Below, piece by piece: positions 1 to 10,113 of a stretch of 49,428 nucleotides of DNA. The notes beneath the pieces were generated by a model that had not been told where the DNA came from, did not search any database, and saw only the letters and a program-made list of their open reading frames with translations. Position numbers and translations under genes: made by a program. Positions within the stretch are counted from its first letter, which is position 1, and every line of letters starts with the position of its first letter. The stretch lies in NCBI GenBank assembly GCA_002683155.1, contig NYST01000009.1, forward strand, positions 7,963 through 57,390, given 5' to 3'. This DNA comes from Methanobacteriota archaeon (lineage in GTDB: Archaea; Thermoplasmatota; Poseidoniia; Poseidoniales; Thalassarchaeaceae).

Positions 1-2045
1 AGGGCTGCGTAATCGGCATGGAACCGATAGACATTCCAGAGAGTCAAGAACATCTTGGCATATGACTCACGAACACCGTTTGGATCAAAATTAGTGGGGG
101 ACCAAGGGGCACTCTGAGTAGTCATGTACCACCTGATTGAGTCCGCCCCCTCCTTGTCGAAGTGATCCCACGGATTGACGACATTCCCCCTTGACTTGCT
201 CATTTTCTTTCCTTCCTTGTCGAGAATGTGCCCGAGTGAAAGGCAACGTCTGAAGCAAGGCTCGTCAAACACGGTAGTAGCTACAGCTAGCAGAGAGTAG
301 AACCACCCCCTAGTCTGATCGACTGCCTCACAGATGTAGTCGACCGGGAATGAGCCCGTGAAAAGATCCTCATTTTCGAATGGGTAGTGCCACTGGGCGA
401 ACGAGGCACAGCCAGAGTCGAACCAGCAGTCCATGACATAGGGTTCCCTAACCATCTCTCCAGAGCATCCATCAGATGGGCACGTCAATCTGACCTCGTC
501 GACATAGGGCCTATGCAACTCGGGAGGAGTGGGGGATGAGTCAGTCTTCATCGAAGACATCTCTTCGATGCTTCCGACACAGTGCTCGGTTCCGCAATCT
601 GGGCAAATCCAGACAGGAATTGGAGTTCCCCAGTAGCGCTCCCGGCTAATTGCCCAGTCCTTGATATTGGATAGCCATTCTCCCATTCTCTTGGTGCCTG
701 TCCACTCTGGGGCCCACTCTACACTCGCATTGTGGGAGATGATCTGCTCCCTGACCGCAGTCATCCTGACAAACCAACTGTCCATTGCGTAGTACAGCAG
801 GGGGTGGTCGGTCCTCCAGCAGTGCGGGTAGTCATGGGTGTAATCGTGCTCCCTGTAGAGCAGGCCGCGGTATTCTAGTAGATTGATTATCTCGTCATCA
901 CACTCCTTGACGTAGCGACCGTCTAGAAGCTCGTGAACCCCCTCTACGAAGGCGCCGTCCATCCCGACTGTGTGCTGTGCGGGGAATCCGACCTCCATGC
1001 CGAGTCTGTAGTCATCTTCGCCATACATCACTGCGGTGTGCACCACACCAGTTCCGTCGGTGGTTGTGACGAAATCCGCAGCTACGATCGTCCATGCTGT
1101 CTTGGAATCTCCTCTTTCGATTGCGCCGGGGAAGAGTGGTTTGTAGGACTTTCCAACCAACTCTGATCCGAGGAATTCGTCGACTATGTCCGCATGATTC
1201 CTAAGTACGCTACCAATCAGTTCTTTGGCTAGGATAAGCTCCTCACCAACCTCTGCTCCACCTCTTCCTTCCCATGAATCAGAGGGAGGTTCGGTGACTC
1301 TGACTCTGCAGTAAGTGACCTCTGGCCCAACTGCCAAACCCACATTTCCAGGGAGTGTCCAGGGAGTGGTTGTCCATGCCAAGACGGAGGCATCCTCCCC
1401 CTCCAGCTTGAATTTCACAAATACCGCTGGCTCGGAAACCTCCTTGTATCCTTGAGAGACCTCGTGAGTGGAGTAACTAGTCCCTGTTTGGGGGCAGTAT
1501 GGGAGGACCTTGTGACCTCTGAATAGGAGGCCCTTGTCGAACATCTGCTTCAGGGACCACCATGCTGACTCAATGTAGTCGTCTTGTAGCGTGACGTATG
1601 GTTCTTCCATGTCTACCCAGAAGCCCATTCTCTCAGTCATCTCCCTCCATGCCTCCTCGTAAGTCCAAACACTCTCCTTGCACTTCTGGTTGAAGGCCTC
1701 CATGCCAAATTCCTCAATGGCTTCGTTGGACATCAGATCCAGTTGCTTCTGAACCTCTATTTCTACAGGGAGTCCGTGTGTGTCCCAACCTCCCTTTCTC
1801 TCGACTATGTGCCCCTCCATCGACTTCCACCTGCATACCATGTCCTTGAACAGCCGAGACAAAACATGGTGGATCCCTGGTCTTCCGTTTGCGGTTGGAG
1901 GGCCTTCCAAGAAGGTGAATGGGGAGTTAAGTTCCATCCTGGATTCAATGGATTTGGAGAATGTGCCCTCATCTTGCCAGACCTCCATCAAAGAGTTCTC
2001 CAGCCCCACCGGGTCAAGTTCGCCTGGAGAAGCGGGCACGCTCAT
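1..2045 (-). CDS. ileS: Isoleucyl-tRNA synthetase (5' part; runs off the left edge)
   Basis: Not in the ORF track; translated by hand. ATG at 2045 with an in-frame TAG just upstream. Reads MSVPASPGELDP..., then the HIGH-region motif EGPPTANGRPGIHHVLSR, GWDTHGLP, WTTTPWTLP, GTGVVH, DWAISRERYWGTPIP, and KMSKS near 190-210. Confidence 0.96.
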   Translation of the reverse strand, partial: MSVPASPGELDPVGLENSLMEVWQDEGTFSKSIESRMELNSPFTFLEGPPTANGRPGIHHVLSRLFKDMVCRWKSMEGHIVERKGGWDTHGLPVEIEVQKQLDLMSNEAIEEFGMEAFNQKCKESVWTYEEAWREMTERMGFWVDMEEPYVTLQDDYIESAWWSLKQMFDKGLLFRGHKVLPYCPQTGTSYSTHEVSQGYKEVSEPAVFVKFKLEGEDASVLAWTTTPWTLPGNVGLAVGPEVTYCRVRVTEPPSDSWEGRGGAEVGEELILAKELIGSVLRNHADIVDEFLGSELVGKSYKPLFPGAIERGDSKTAWTIVAADFVTTTDGTGVVHTAVMYGEDDYRLGMEVGFPAQHTVGMDGAFVEGVHELLDGRYVKECDDEIINLLEYRGLLYREHDYTHDYPHCWRTDHPLLYYAMDSWFVRMTAVREQIISHNASVEWAPEWTGTKRMGEWLSNIKDWAISRERYWGTPIPVWICPDCGTEHCVGSIEEMSSMKTDSSPTPPELHRPYVDEVRLTCPSDGCSGEMVREPYVMDCWFDSGCASFAQWHYPFENEDLFTGSFPVDYICEAVDQTRGWFYSLLAVATTVFDEPCFRRCLSLGHILDKEGKKMSKSRGNVVNPWDHFDKEGADSIRWYMTTQSAPWSPTNFDPNGVRESYAKMFLTLWNVYRFHADYAA

Positions 2046-2069
2046 CGGCCAAGCGACCTAGGAGTTCGT

Positions 2070-2126
2070 CTTGAACTTGAGGGGGGGCTAAGAGGACAAT
2101 TAGAATGTAAATTGCAAGACTTCAAA
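2070..2126. promoter_or_regulatory. Divergent promoter pair (ileS / HMA gene) with TTCAAR boxes
   Basis: TTCAAG on the minus strand at 2070-2075 (24 nt before the ileS ATG) and TTCAAA on the plus strand at 2121-2126 (23 nt before ATG 2150). Confidence 0.55.
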
Positions 2127-2149
2127 TGCCCTATGCACCAGTTGGAATC

Positions 2150-2791
2150 ATGGCAGAGACGATTCGACTAGAAGTCGGAGGGATGACTTGCGATGGTTGC
2201 TCGAATCGAGTTAGGGGGGCCTTGGAGGACCTTCCGGGAGTAATCAATGCAATAGTTAGCCACCAGGATGGGAGCGCGGATGTCACACACGAGGGTGCAA
2301 CCAGAGAGGAGCTAGGTGATGCTGTTCGTTCAGTTGGGTATACTGTCGATGGACGGGGAGAAGATTTCCATTGGAAAGACAAAGCCGTCTGGCGGCAGTC
2401 AGCAAACAACACAAAATGGTGCCTAATTGGATGCAGTATCGGGGACTTCGGGACCATTGCAGCTTTCCAATTCGTATTTACAGAAACGGGTTTCAGCGCC
2501 ATGATGATAATGGCGCTGGCTATGTTCAATGGAATTATGACTTCTATTGCACTTGAGACATTCATTCTACTAAAACAGATGCCGATGTACGAGGCATTTC
2601 GTGTTGCGATAGGGATGTCGCTAATCTCGATGTTATCCATGGAGGCTGCAATGAATATAGTTGATCTTGTACTAACTGGCGGTGCTAAGCTCACTTGGTG
2701 GGTTATTGCGCCCATGCTAATCGCTGGATTCCTTACTCCGTGGCCTTACAACTACTGGAGACTGAAGAAGTACGGGGTGGCTTGCCACTGA
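2150..2791 (+). CDS. Heavy-metal-associated (HMA) domain fused to a DUF4396-like membrane domain
   Basis: GMTCDGC metal-binding motif in a roughly 70-aa HMA-like domain, followed by CLIGCSIGD and several Met-rich TM helices ending WPYNYW, typical of DUF4396. Start placed at the second ATG, 23 nt after a TTCAAA box. Confidence 0.8.
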   Translation: MAETIRLEVGGMTCDGCSNRVRGALEDLPGVINAIVSHQDGSADVTHEGATREELGDAVRSVGYTVDGRGEDFHWKDKAVWRQSANNTKWCLIGCSIGDFGTIAAFQFVFTETGFSAMMIMALAMFNGIMTSIALETFILLKQMPMYEAFRVAIGMSLISMLSMEAAMNIVDLVLTGGAKLTWWVIAPMLIAGFLTPWPYNYWRLKKYGVACH

Positions 2792-2800
2792 GGTTTCTGT

Positions 2801-3574
2801 ATGGATTGGAGAAATATAGCTGAAGATATATCCGAATGGATTGGCCAGTATGCGAATAAGAACGGCATAGAAGCACTAGTTGTCGGGGTTTCCGGGGGCG
2901 TGGACTCCGCAGTTACGTCCACTCTTTCGGCGATGACTGGAATCAACACAATCGTCTTGAACATGCCAATCCATCAAGACAGGGGGCAATTTGATCTGTC
3001 GGACCACCACATCGAATGGCTGAAATCGAAATGGGGGAATGTCAGCGGGAAGGTTCTCGATCTTTCTTCGACTTACGACGAGTTTTGCTCTGAGATGGGA
3101 GGGATGTCCGAATTATCTAGGGCGAACTCCAGGGCGAGGTTGAGAATGACAACCTTGTATGCAATTGCTGGCTCAAACAACGGCATAGTTGTCGGTACAG
3201 GGAACAAGGTTGAGGACTTTGGAGTAGGATTCTTCACGAAATACGGAGACGGGGGCGTGGACATATCCCCCATAGCGGACCTATTCAAATCAGAGGTTTT
3301 TGCGATTGGAAAGGAATTAGGGATTGCCCAGGAAATCCTAGACGCGGCTCCGACTGACGGCCTGTGGGATGATGGGAGGACCGATGAAGAGCAAATGGGA
3401 GCTTCCTATGACGAGTTGGAGTGGGCAATGAAGGAGTTGGGGGATCCCTCTGGTTCGGAAATGTCCGAACGTGAACTCGAAGTAATGCGCCTTTATGGCG
3501 ATCTTCACGAATCCAACTCACACAAGATGAACCCGATTCCAGTTTTCAAGCTTAATCCTGCATTTAGGGACTGA
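2801..3574 (+). CDS. nadE: NH3-dependent NAD+ synthetase
   Basis: GVSGGVDS PP-loop, NSRARLRM, GTGNKVE, GFFTKYGDG and PTDGLW...TDE. No glutaminase domain. Confidence 0.95.
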   Translation: MDWRNIAEDISEWIGQYANKNGIEALVVGVSGGVDSAVTSTLSAMTGINTIVLNMPIHQDRGQFDLSDHHIEWLKSKWGNVSGKVLDLSSTYDEFCSEMGGMSELSRANSRARLRMTTLYAIAGSNNGIVVGTGNKVEDFGVGFFTKYGDGGVDISPIADLFKSEVFAIGKELGIAQEILDAAPTDGLWDDGRTDEEQMGASYDELEWAMKELGDPSGSEMSERELEVMRLYGDLHESNSHKMNPIPVFKLNPAFRD

Positions 3575-3578
3575 TTAA

Positions 3579-3734
3579 ATGGAAGAGGATGAGGCTCGTC
3601 CAATCTATGTAGGCAAGAGCCGTTCGTCATACAGTGGGATGGTCCTAGAATCGATGTTCACCTATCTGCGTTGGGCGCTGGTTGCCATGGTGGTAATTGG
3701 CATCCTTCTGATGATGATGCCGCTCTTGCGGTAG
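3579..3734 (+). CDS. Small single-TM membrane protein (51 aa)
   Basis: Hand translation: MEEDEARPIYVGKSRSSYSGMVLESMFTYLRWALVAMVVIGILLMMMPLLR*. Fills the gap between nadE and the convergent gene and lies below the ORF-track cutoff. Confidence 0.65.
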   Translation: MEEDEARPIYVGKSRSSYSGMVLESMFTYLRWALVAMVVIGILLMMMPLLR

Positions 3735-4601
3735 TCATCTCCCTTTACGACGGTCCTCGACCTTTTTCTTGTATTCAGCATCAGAGTCTGCATCGGTCCA
3801 CCCATCGAGGAAGAGCCCTCCCGACTTGTGGACCCCACCTCTGACGTTCCCCTTCCTTGGCTTCCTGAAGACATCTTTCTTCTCTGAGTGCCTGCTAAAT
3901 GCCTTCGGTAGGCCATCAGCGTCCCTCTCCTGTCCTGAAAGGGAATATGCGCGCCATTCGGCGGTAGGTCCGCTCCTCTTCTTTTTTGGAGGTTCATCTT
4001 GCTTTTCCGAAAGTAGCAGGCTAGAGATTAGGCCGAGTAAAAATATGGGGAAGGCGCTGCATAGAAATGATCTGCCGGTTGACAAGCCGTCAACAAACCA
4101 GTCTATTAATCGAGATATGATGGATTTATCTTCATTTTTCTCGAATTCTTGCGAGAGTCTGACATAGATATTGGAATCGAAGGTGTAATTTCCATTGTCG
4201 CATCGAGAAGATGATGAGTTGGATGGATCGTAACATAGCTGTCCCACATAAATCATATCGGGGACATCTTCTCTCTGGGTAGAATTACTACATTGGGGGT
4301 AGAAGAAGTCCGCTCCCGATTCATTGAGGAACGAGATCTGCACAAAGACGCAGTCATCCCAGTTCCCATCATCATCTTCATCCAAGTATTGCCCGAAGGA
4401 GTATATCGCCCATCCATTGTTGGAATCTGATTTGGTCTGTTCAAAGGTTAGATTGGTACTTTGTCCGACATAGGCGAATTCCACTTCGGCCTCTTCGGAG
4501 GATTCGAAAATTGGCAAAGTGGTCCCGGTCCCCAAAAAAAGAACCCCTACAAACATCATTGTTCCTGAGATAGCGATGAGCGCATTCGATAGAGGGTGCA
4601 T
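3735..4601 (-). CDS. Hypothetical membrane protein (N-terminal TM, Cys/Asp-rich external domain, second TM, charged tail)
   Basis: 288-aa ORF with two hydrophobic segments and a DEDDDGNWD acidic motif. Confidence 0.75.
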   Translation of the reverse strand: MHPLSNALIAISGTMMFVGVLFLGTGTTLPIFESSEEAEVEFAYVGQSTNLTFEQTKSDSNNGWAIYSFGQYLDEDDDGNWDDCVFVQISFLNESGADFFYPQCSNSTQREDVPDMIYVGQLCYDPSNSSSSRCDNGNYTFDSNIYVRLSQEFEKNEDKSIISRLIDWFVDGLSTGRSFLCSAFPIFLLGLISSLLLSEKQDEPPKKKRSGPTAEWRAYSLSGQERDADGLPKAFSRHSEKKDVFRKPRKGNVRGGVHKSGGLFLDGWTDADSDAEYKKKVEDRRKGR

Positions 4602-4632
4602 GGTATCTACAGTTGTCGCATAGCAAAGACAC

Positions 4633-4851
4633 TCAAGTCAGTTGCGATGCCAGAATAGATGCCAATAGCCAAATTCTTGCAATTCTCCTCCTCCTTTTTG
4701 GGGCCTTTGCGGAGAAAGAGACCCGGAAAAGGAAAAGGAAAGAGAACAATCCGAAAATAGCCATGACTAGGAAGGAAGTCTCGCCCAAGCCCCAGGATAC
4801 TGGCCCTCCCATGCCCTCTGGACTGGTGGATTCAGTGCCTGCATGAAGCAT
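4633..4851 (-). CDS. Small membrane protein (72 aa)
   Basis: C-terminal part of track ORF 4633..5028 (MLHAGTESTSPEG...FLVMAIFGLFSFLFLF...KRRRRIARIWLLA). ATG at 4851 has a GTCAAT box 23 nt upstream. Confidence 0.55.
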   Translation of the reverse strand: MLHAGTESTSPEGMGGPVSWGLGETSFLVMAIFGLFSFLFLFRVSFSAKAPKRRRRIARIWLLASILASQLT

Positions 4852-4871
4852 TGTCAACGATACCAAGCTCG

Positions 4872-5042
4872 TCAATTGACCGACAAAAAGAGTCGCTGCA
4901 GAGGAGTCTGCCACTGGCTTTGACCAAGCATCGGACTTCGGATTATTTCTGGATTTTGACGCAGAATTGACCGGCTGGTATGAAGGGTCGTCCCGATTGG
5001 ACCATCTGGACCTAGGAGAAATTCCCACGTCATTGTATTCAT
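4872..5042 (-). CDS. Possible small soluble protein (56 aa)
   Basis: MNTMTWEFLLGPDGPIGTTLHTSRSILRQNPEIIRSPMLGQSQWQTPLQRLFLSVN fills an otherwise empty gap. No motif recognised. Confidence 0.35.
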   Translation of the reverse strand: MNTMTWEFLLGPDGPIGTTLHTSRSILRQNPEIIRSPMLGQSQWQTPLQRLFLSVN

Positions 5043-5106
5043 GGGGGGATATATTGGGTTATTGATATTACAGAAGATACTCAAACTGAACCCCCCAGGG
5101 TGGTTT

Positions 5107-5433
5107 GTGGGATATCTCGAGTTGATAGAGGCGGCTTCACTGGTTCTTTGCAGTTCAGCGACATTCCTGTGGATGGCCATTGGATCCCTATCTAGGACTA
5201 CGAAGAGCGAGATCTTGGCGCAGCGAGTGATTGCGACGATCTGTCTTGCTTCGGCGGCTCTACTTTTTTCCCTACATTATTCCGGAGGGGAGATTTGGGG
5301 GTCGACGAAAATAGCGAGGCCGTTTGCGGTTATTGCTGTGATGATGGCGTTGGCTTCAGTCATGAACATCAAAGGAAAGGATGTCCAAGGAGAGGCAAAT
5401 CCTCACAAAATTATGAAGAAAGTGGATGATTAG
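5107..5433 (+). CDS. Hypothetical membrane protein (about 3 TM)
   Basis: Hydrophobic ORF. In-frame GTG at 5107 lies 21 nt after CTCAAA; the track start at 5041 is the alternative. Confidence 0.65.
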   Translation: MGYLELIEAASLVLCSSATFLWMAIGSLSRTTKSEILAQRVIATICLASAALLFSLHYSGGEIWGSTKIARPFAVIAVMMALASVMNIKGKDVQGEANPHKIMKKVDD

Positions 5434-5437
5434 GGTC

Positions 5438-5713
5438 CTACTCCGAATTTAGTTTGTCATCTATGAAAGAGCGCATGTATGCTGGGAGTTCCCCGTTGAC
5501 GAAGACTACGTCCTCAACTTGATCTAGCTTCATTAGCGAATAGTAGATTTGCATTGCAGTCATAGGTGTGGCACTACAACCGGTACAGCCCCCTTCTAAG
5601 GAAATCATGATTACGCCGTCCGTGGTGTCTACCACGTTTACGACTCCATCATGGGCATCTAAAACAGCCTGCACAGGGCCTACGGAATCCAAGATTAGTT
5701 GTTTGTCGACCAT
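5438..5713 (-). CDS. NifU/NfuA C-terminal-domain protein (Fe-S carrier)
   Basis: LDAHDGVV...ISLEGGCTGC matches the NifU-C CxxC signature. Start at ATG 5713. Confidence 0.85.
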   Translation of the reverse strand: MVDKQLILDSVGPVQAVLDAHDGVVNVVDTTDGVIMISLEGGCTGCSATPMTAMQIYYSLMKLDQVEDVVFVNGELPAYMRSFIDDKLNSE

Positions 5714-5771
5714 GTTTCTCACCCTCCATGAGGGGCGGGGGTCTTTCAAAGAATTGCCTCTTCGGAGTGTT

Positions 5772-6677
5772 ATGAGCAGGCATACCCGAGTCATCCTAAT
5801 CGATCTCTTGGTTGAGAGATCCGAGTTTGGTCATGGTGGAAATCAAGAGGTGGTGAATCCGATTGCGGAGGGCGGCCCGGTGGAGGTTCTGCTTGTTACT
5901 CCACAAATGCAGTCTGAAGAAGTGGGTGTTCGTGCTCAGGAAGAAGGCTTAGTCAGGATTTCTGAGGGAGATGTCCCGAATTGGGATTACGAATACCCGT
6001 TCTGGGAGGAATGCGGCTTGGAGATGCACGGAAATGATGTTATTTTCAGGAGGGTAGCAATGCCACTGAACGGAGATGACGCGTTAATGCGGGAGTGGAT
6101 TCGGACAATAAAACCGGATGCAGTTGTCTGCAGTGGCTCGAGGAGGAACGTGACGATGTGGGAAGAGTGGATGAATGGGAGTGGATCCCTTCTCAGATGC
6201 TCCTCAAGAATGGGAATACCCACGCTGGGAATCTGCTTTGGGCATCAACTCCTCTGCCATTCTCTTGGGGCTAGCGTCGAGAGGGCCGATTCCATGTCCA
6301 GTGGCGTCTGGGATCTTGCGCTAAATTCACATGGTTCCGCAGACGAGATTTTTGCATCTCGTGGCAGTGGCGAGGGAGGGGCGCCTGTGGCTCTATATTC
6401 GCACCAGGACCACGTGACAACGGTGCCAGAAAGTTGCTTGCTACTTGGTTCGGCGGATCACAACAGAGTTACAGCGGTTCGAGTTCTGGACGAAGAGGGG
6501 CAGGCACTACCCGCATGGGGCCTCCAATTCCATCCCGAAGCCGCCAAGGCGAGGGTTGAGAGGGCTTTCGAATGGGGTCACATTTCTGAGGAGGAAATGG
6601 TGGCCTTCCAGCGCGAACACGACGGTGCTGGCGTCCTGAATTCGTTTGCCTCGGTAATCCATGCTAATATTGGCTAA
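5772..6677 (+). CDS. Standalone class I glutamine amidotransferase (GMP-synthase GATase-like)
   Basis: Catalytic GICFGHQ (Cys) and QFHPE (His/Glu), plus SGS and SHQD motifs. Confidence 0.88.
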   Translation: MSRHTRVILIDLLVERSEFGHGGNQEVVNPIAEGGPVEVLLVTPQMQSEEVGVRAQEEGLVRISEGDVPNWDYEYPFWEECGLEMHGNDVIFRRVAMPLNGDDALMREWIRTIKPDAVVCSGSRRNVTMWEEWMNGSGSLLRCSSRMGIPTLGICFGHQLLCHSLGASVERADSMSSGVWDLALNSHGSADEIFASRGSGEGGAPVALYSHQDHVTTVPESCLLLGSADHNRVTAVRVLDEEGQALPAWGLQFHPEAAKARVERAFEWGHISEEEMVAFQREHDGAGVLNSFASVIHANIG

Positions 6678-6754
6678 ACAGCAAGGGCCGTTTTACTATT
6701 GGATTTGGATTAAATAGAGCACTCGATTCGGCGAGCCGAACTGATGGTGTAACT

Positions 6755-8833
6755 ATGGATGGAGAACAACTAGGGATGATAGGGATTGCAGCGGGGCTTT
6801 TTGGGCTTGCTGTTGCATTTTTCCTATACAATAAGGTGAATTCAATTAAGATCGAAAACGAAACCGTGGCGAAGATTACCGGGCGAATCCAAGACGGTGC
6901 TATGGCCTTCCTTTACGCAGAGTACAGGTTGCTGTCCGGATTTATTGTGCTAGTAGCAGTCCTCCTCCTCTTAGGAGGGGAAGAAAGGGGACTCGGGATG
7001 GAAACCATGATTGCATTCATCATTGGTGCCCTATGCAGTGTCGCTGCAGGATTCTCTGGAATGCGATCTGCCACTAGTGCAAACGGCCGTACAGCACAAG
7101 CTGCAGCAGATGGCGGTCAAGCGGCCGCACTAACCACCTCATACAATGGCGGTGCAGTGATGGGTCTAGCAGTAGGGGGTTTGGGACTAGCCGGCATTTC
7201 TCTGATGTATTACCTAACTGAGACCGACTTCCTCACTGTGGAGAACATTGCTGGGTTCGGGATGGGGGCATCCTCGATTGCACTTTTCGCACGTGTTGGC
7301 GGCGGCATTTACACCAAGGCAGCCGACGTGGGTGCTGATCTTGTTGGAAAGGTAGAAGCTGGAATTCCAGAGGATGATCCGAGGAACCCTGGAGTGATTG
7401 CCGACAACGTCGGGGACAATGTGGGCGATGTTGCGGGAATGGGTGCCGATATTTTCGAGTCATTCGTAGGAAGCATAATCGCAGCAATGGTGATCGCTGC
7501 GGCAAACGAGGATCTTCTAGGACCAGACTACGTTATGATTCCAGTCGTACTGGCAGTCGTTGGTTACATTGCTTCCATTATTGGCGTATTCTCGATAACA
7601 GCAATGCAGAACATGGACCCAGGAGCGGCACTGAGGAATACCACATTCATCGGAGCGGGACTTTTCATCGCTGGTGGATACCTCGCCCTAGCCTACCTAG
7701 ATTTGCCGACCACGGTAATCCAAGCTGTCGCAATCGGATCACTAGTTGGTATCCTGATTGGCCTTGTTACTGAGTACTACACTGGGATAGAAGACGTTTT
7801 CTTCGTCAAGGTCAAGGCTATACCGTACATAGGCGAAGCAAGCAAGACTGGAAGTGCGACTAACGCAATCGCTGGATTGGCAGTAGGGATGCAGTCGGTT
7901 TTCATCCCAGTACTACTGATGGCTGCAGGTATCTTTGGGGCTGATCACGTTATGGGCGGTGGAGATCTGGGCCTATATGGGATAGCAATGGCAGCAATGG
8001 GAATGCTAGGCACCGTCGGCGTGACTATGACGGTGGATGCTTACGGCCCTGTTGCGGACAATGCCGGCGGGATTGCTGAGATGTCCGGACTAGGTGATGA
8101 CGTCAGAGAGATTACCGATGGTCTCGACTCGATAGGCAACACCACGGCTGCAATCGGAAAGGGTTTCGCTATCGGCAGTGCTGCTTTGACGGCTCTAGCC
8201 CTTTTCGCTGCCTTCAAGACCAGTGCTAACCTTGAGGCTGCGGACCTGAGCCTTACTGAGCCAATGGTCGTAATCGGCCTTCTGATAGGTGCTGCACTGC
8301 CGTTCGTAGTCGCTGCGATGACGATGAAGTCAGTGGGGCGCGCAGCAGAGGACATGATTACCGAGATCAGGAGGCAGTTCAGGGAGATCGATGGCCTCCT
8401 TGAGGGTCGAGAAGGAGTAGAGCCAGACAGTTCGACCTGCGTGGACATCTCGACCAAGGCAGCCTTGAGGGAGATGGTGTTGCCAGGCTTCGTGGCAGTA
8501 TCTAGCCCAGTGATAATTGGGCTGTTGCTAGGTAGCGCAGCGCTGGGAGGTACTCTGGCCGGAGCAACTGCTAGCGGAGTGTTGATGGCGCTATTCATGG
8601 CAAACGCAGGTGGTGCTTGGGACAACGCCAAGAAGGCCATCGAGCAAGGCCATATCGAAGGTGCTGCAAAGGGCGATGATGCTCACAGCGCTGCTGTAGT
8701 CGGAGACACAATTGGTGACCCGTTCAAGGACACAAGTGGACCCTCTCTGAACATCCTGATCAAGCTGATGAGCATAGTCAGCGTTGTTATCGCTGGAATG
8801 TTGACCAAGACAGGCGAACTAGGCGCTCTCTGA
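6755..8833 (+). CDS. hppA: Membrane-bound pyrophosphatase, K+-dependent, probably Na+-translocating
   Basis: [41 protein letters not shown] and [16 protein letters not shown] (Ala) indicates the K+-dependent class; DIFES glutamate present. Confidence 0.96.
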   Translation: MDGEQLGMIGIAAGLFGLAVAFFLYNKVNSIKIENETVAKITGRIQDGAMAFLYAEYRLLSGFIVLVAVLLLLGGEERGLGMETMIAFIIGALCSVAAGFSGMRSATSANGRTAQAAADGGQAAALTTSYNGGAVMGLAVGGLGLAGISLMYYLTETDFLTVENIAGFGMGASSIALFARVGGGIYTKAADVGADLVGKVEAGIPEDDPRNPGVIADNVGDNVGDVAGMGADIFESFVGSIIAAMVIAAANEDLLGPDYVMIPVVLAVVGYIASIIGVFSITAMQNMDPGAALRNTTFIGAGLFIAGGYLALAYLDLPTTVIQAVAIGSLVGILIGLVTEYYTGIEDVFFVKVKAIPYIGEASKTGSATNAIAGLAVGMQSVFIPVLLMAAGIFGADHVMGGGDLGLYGIAMAAMGMLGTVGVTMTVDAYGPVADNAGGIAEMSGLGDDVREITDGLDSIGNTTAAIGKGFAIGSAALTALALFAAFKTSANLEAADLSLTEPMVVIGLLIGAALPFVVAAMTMKSVGRAAEDMITEIRRQFREIDGLLEGREGVEPDSSTCVDISTKAALREMVLPGFVAVSSPVIIGLLLGSAALGGTLAGATASGVLMALFMANAGGAWDNAKKAIEQGHIEGAAKGDDAHSAAVVGDTIGDPFKDTSGPSLNILIKLMSIVSVVIAGMLTKTGELGAL

Positions 8834-8878
8834 AAGTAAGCGGGCGAGCGTCAGGCTCTTGACTGGCTGGCCCTAGCG

Positions 8879-9844
8879 GTGAGCATGGGGAAGGCACTCG
8901 CATATGGCATACTAGTGGTTCTCCTTGCATCTTCACTTGGGGGATGTGCAGGAGGCGAGTCTGGTGGGGGCGATTCCTCATCGGATGTTTTTGAGGTGCC
9001 CATCTGGGAGATTGGCGATTGGTGGCTATACACATTCTCAACTCCGGATTACAGCGATGACACTGCAAGATTGGTAGTGGCGAGCACTAGCGAGGAGGAC
9101 GGGTCGGCGTACATGCTTGCAATCTCAAGCCTTACCGAGGCGAGGCGCCATGCAGTTCTCAATCACAACCCCTTCCTGGGCAGGATGACACATTCTGAAT
9201 TGGGTGCCTTCGAGAATGGGGTTGCGCAATCGGTTCTGAGTTTCCCTCTCGAAGAGGGGAAAACATGGTCTTTCACACTTTTCTCGGTGGAATGGAGTGC
9301 ATTTGTGTCCGACATCTCGGGTAGTTCTGCAGTAATCATTGCTACTTCCTCGGATGGCTCAAGGCTGGATTACGTGTTCGACAGAGAGGCTGGTTTCTTC
9401 TACTCATTTACCTGGAAGGATGAGATGGGGGAGAATAAACTCAGGATGATGCTTTCCGATAGCGGTTCTGGGCACTCGGGGGATGTCTACTTCGTGAGAG
9501 GTGGAGACCTGTTCAGTGACGTGTGGGAGGATACTGGGAACGACATTGAGATTCGTGACACATTCCTCGTTAGCGACCACCCCAGTGATGGTGATTGGGA
9601 TGAGATGATCTACTTCATCGATGCAGATTGTGGTTCGGGGTCGTCCATCTCGCTGACCCTTAGGGATCACATGTCAATATCGGCACTAGAGAGAGTTTGG
9701 GGGCCAGGAGCCAGTGAAATGGGAACTCTTGGGACTATACCCTATCCATCTGAGGAATATACCCTAACAGCGACCTTTACAGGTGGTTCGACATTCTTGA
9801 GAGTTAGAATTGCTGGTGGAATAACCCAATCGTGGAGCATCTAG
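8879..9844 (+). CDS. Putative lipoprotein of unknown function
   Basis: Signal peptide with a lipobox-like LGGC, then a PxWxxGDWW motif and a beta-rich acidic body. Start could be ATG 8885. Confidence 0.75.
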   Translation: MSMGKALAYGILVVLLASSLGGCAGGESGGGDSSSDVFEVPIWEIGDWWLYTFSTPDYSDDTARLVVASTSEEDGSAYMLAISSLTEARRHAVLNHNPFLGRMTHSELGAFENGVAQSVLSFPLEEGKTWSFTLFSVEWSAFVSDISGSSAVIIATSSDGSRLDYVFDREAGFFYSFTWKDEMGENKLRMMLSDSGSGHSGDVYFVRGGDLFSDVWEDTGNDIEIRDTFLVSDHPSDGDWDEMIYFIDADCGSGSSISLTLRDHMSISALERVWGPGASEMGTLGTIPYPSEEYTLTATFTGGSTFLRVRIAGGITQSWSI

Positions 9845-10113
9845 AGATATTCCAGAAGGTTATCTGATCCTCCGACAAAGATGGGCGCATCACCTCGCAT
9901 ATCAAACACAACAGGAACTGTGCGATGCCCGGTTTCTATGACTACTTCCTTGCGGAGACCTTCGAAGTTATCGAGGTTGACTTCTGAATAGGTTAGGCCC
10001 TTCGAATCAAGGGTCCTGAATGCTCGGGTACAGTATGGGCAGATCGTCTGTGTGAAGACTAGGAAGTCCTCATTTGAGGACTCTATTATGTCATGCAGGC
10101 GTGACAGCGTCAC
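9841..10113 (-). CDS. Glutaredoxin
   Basis: CPYC active site, TVP cis-Pro motif and GGSD. The GTG start at 10113 overlaps the end of the upstream gene and is uncertain. Confidence 0.88.
   Translation of the reverse strand: MTLSRLHDIIESSNEDFLVFTQTICPYCTRAFRTLDSKGLTYSEVNLDNFEGLRKEVVIETGHRTVPVVFDMRGDAPIFVGGSDNLLEYL

Noticed and set aside
4633..5028. Full-length 131-aa track ORF
   Set aside because: The N-terminal 59 aa look non-coding and overlap another candidate ORF. The internal ATG at 4851 has a better promoter context.
9841..9844. Convergent genes sharing a CTAG with a stop codon on each strand
   Set aside because: A common consequence of genome compaction, with no evidence of a special function.
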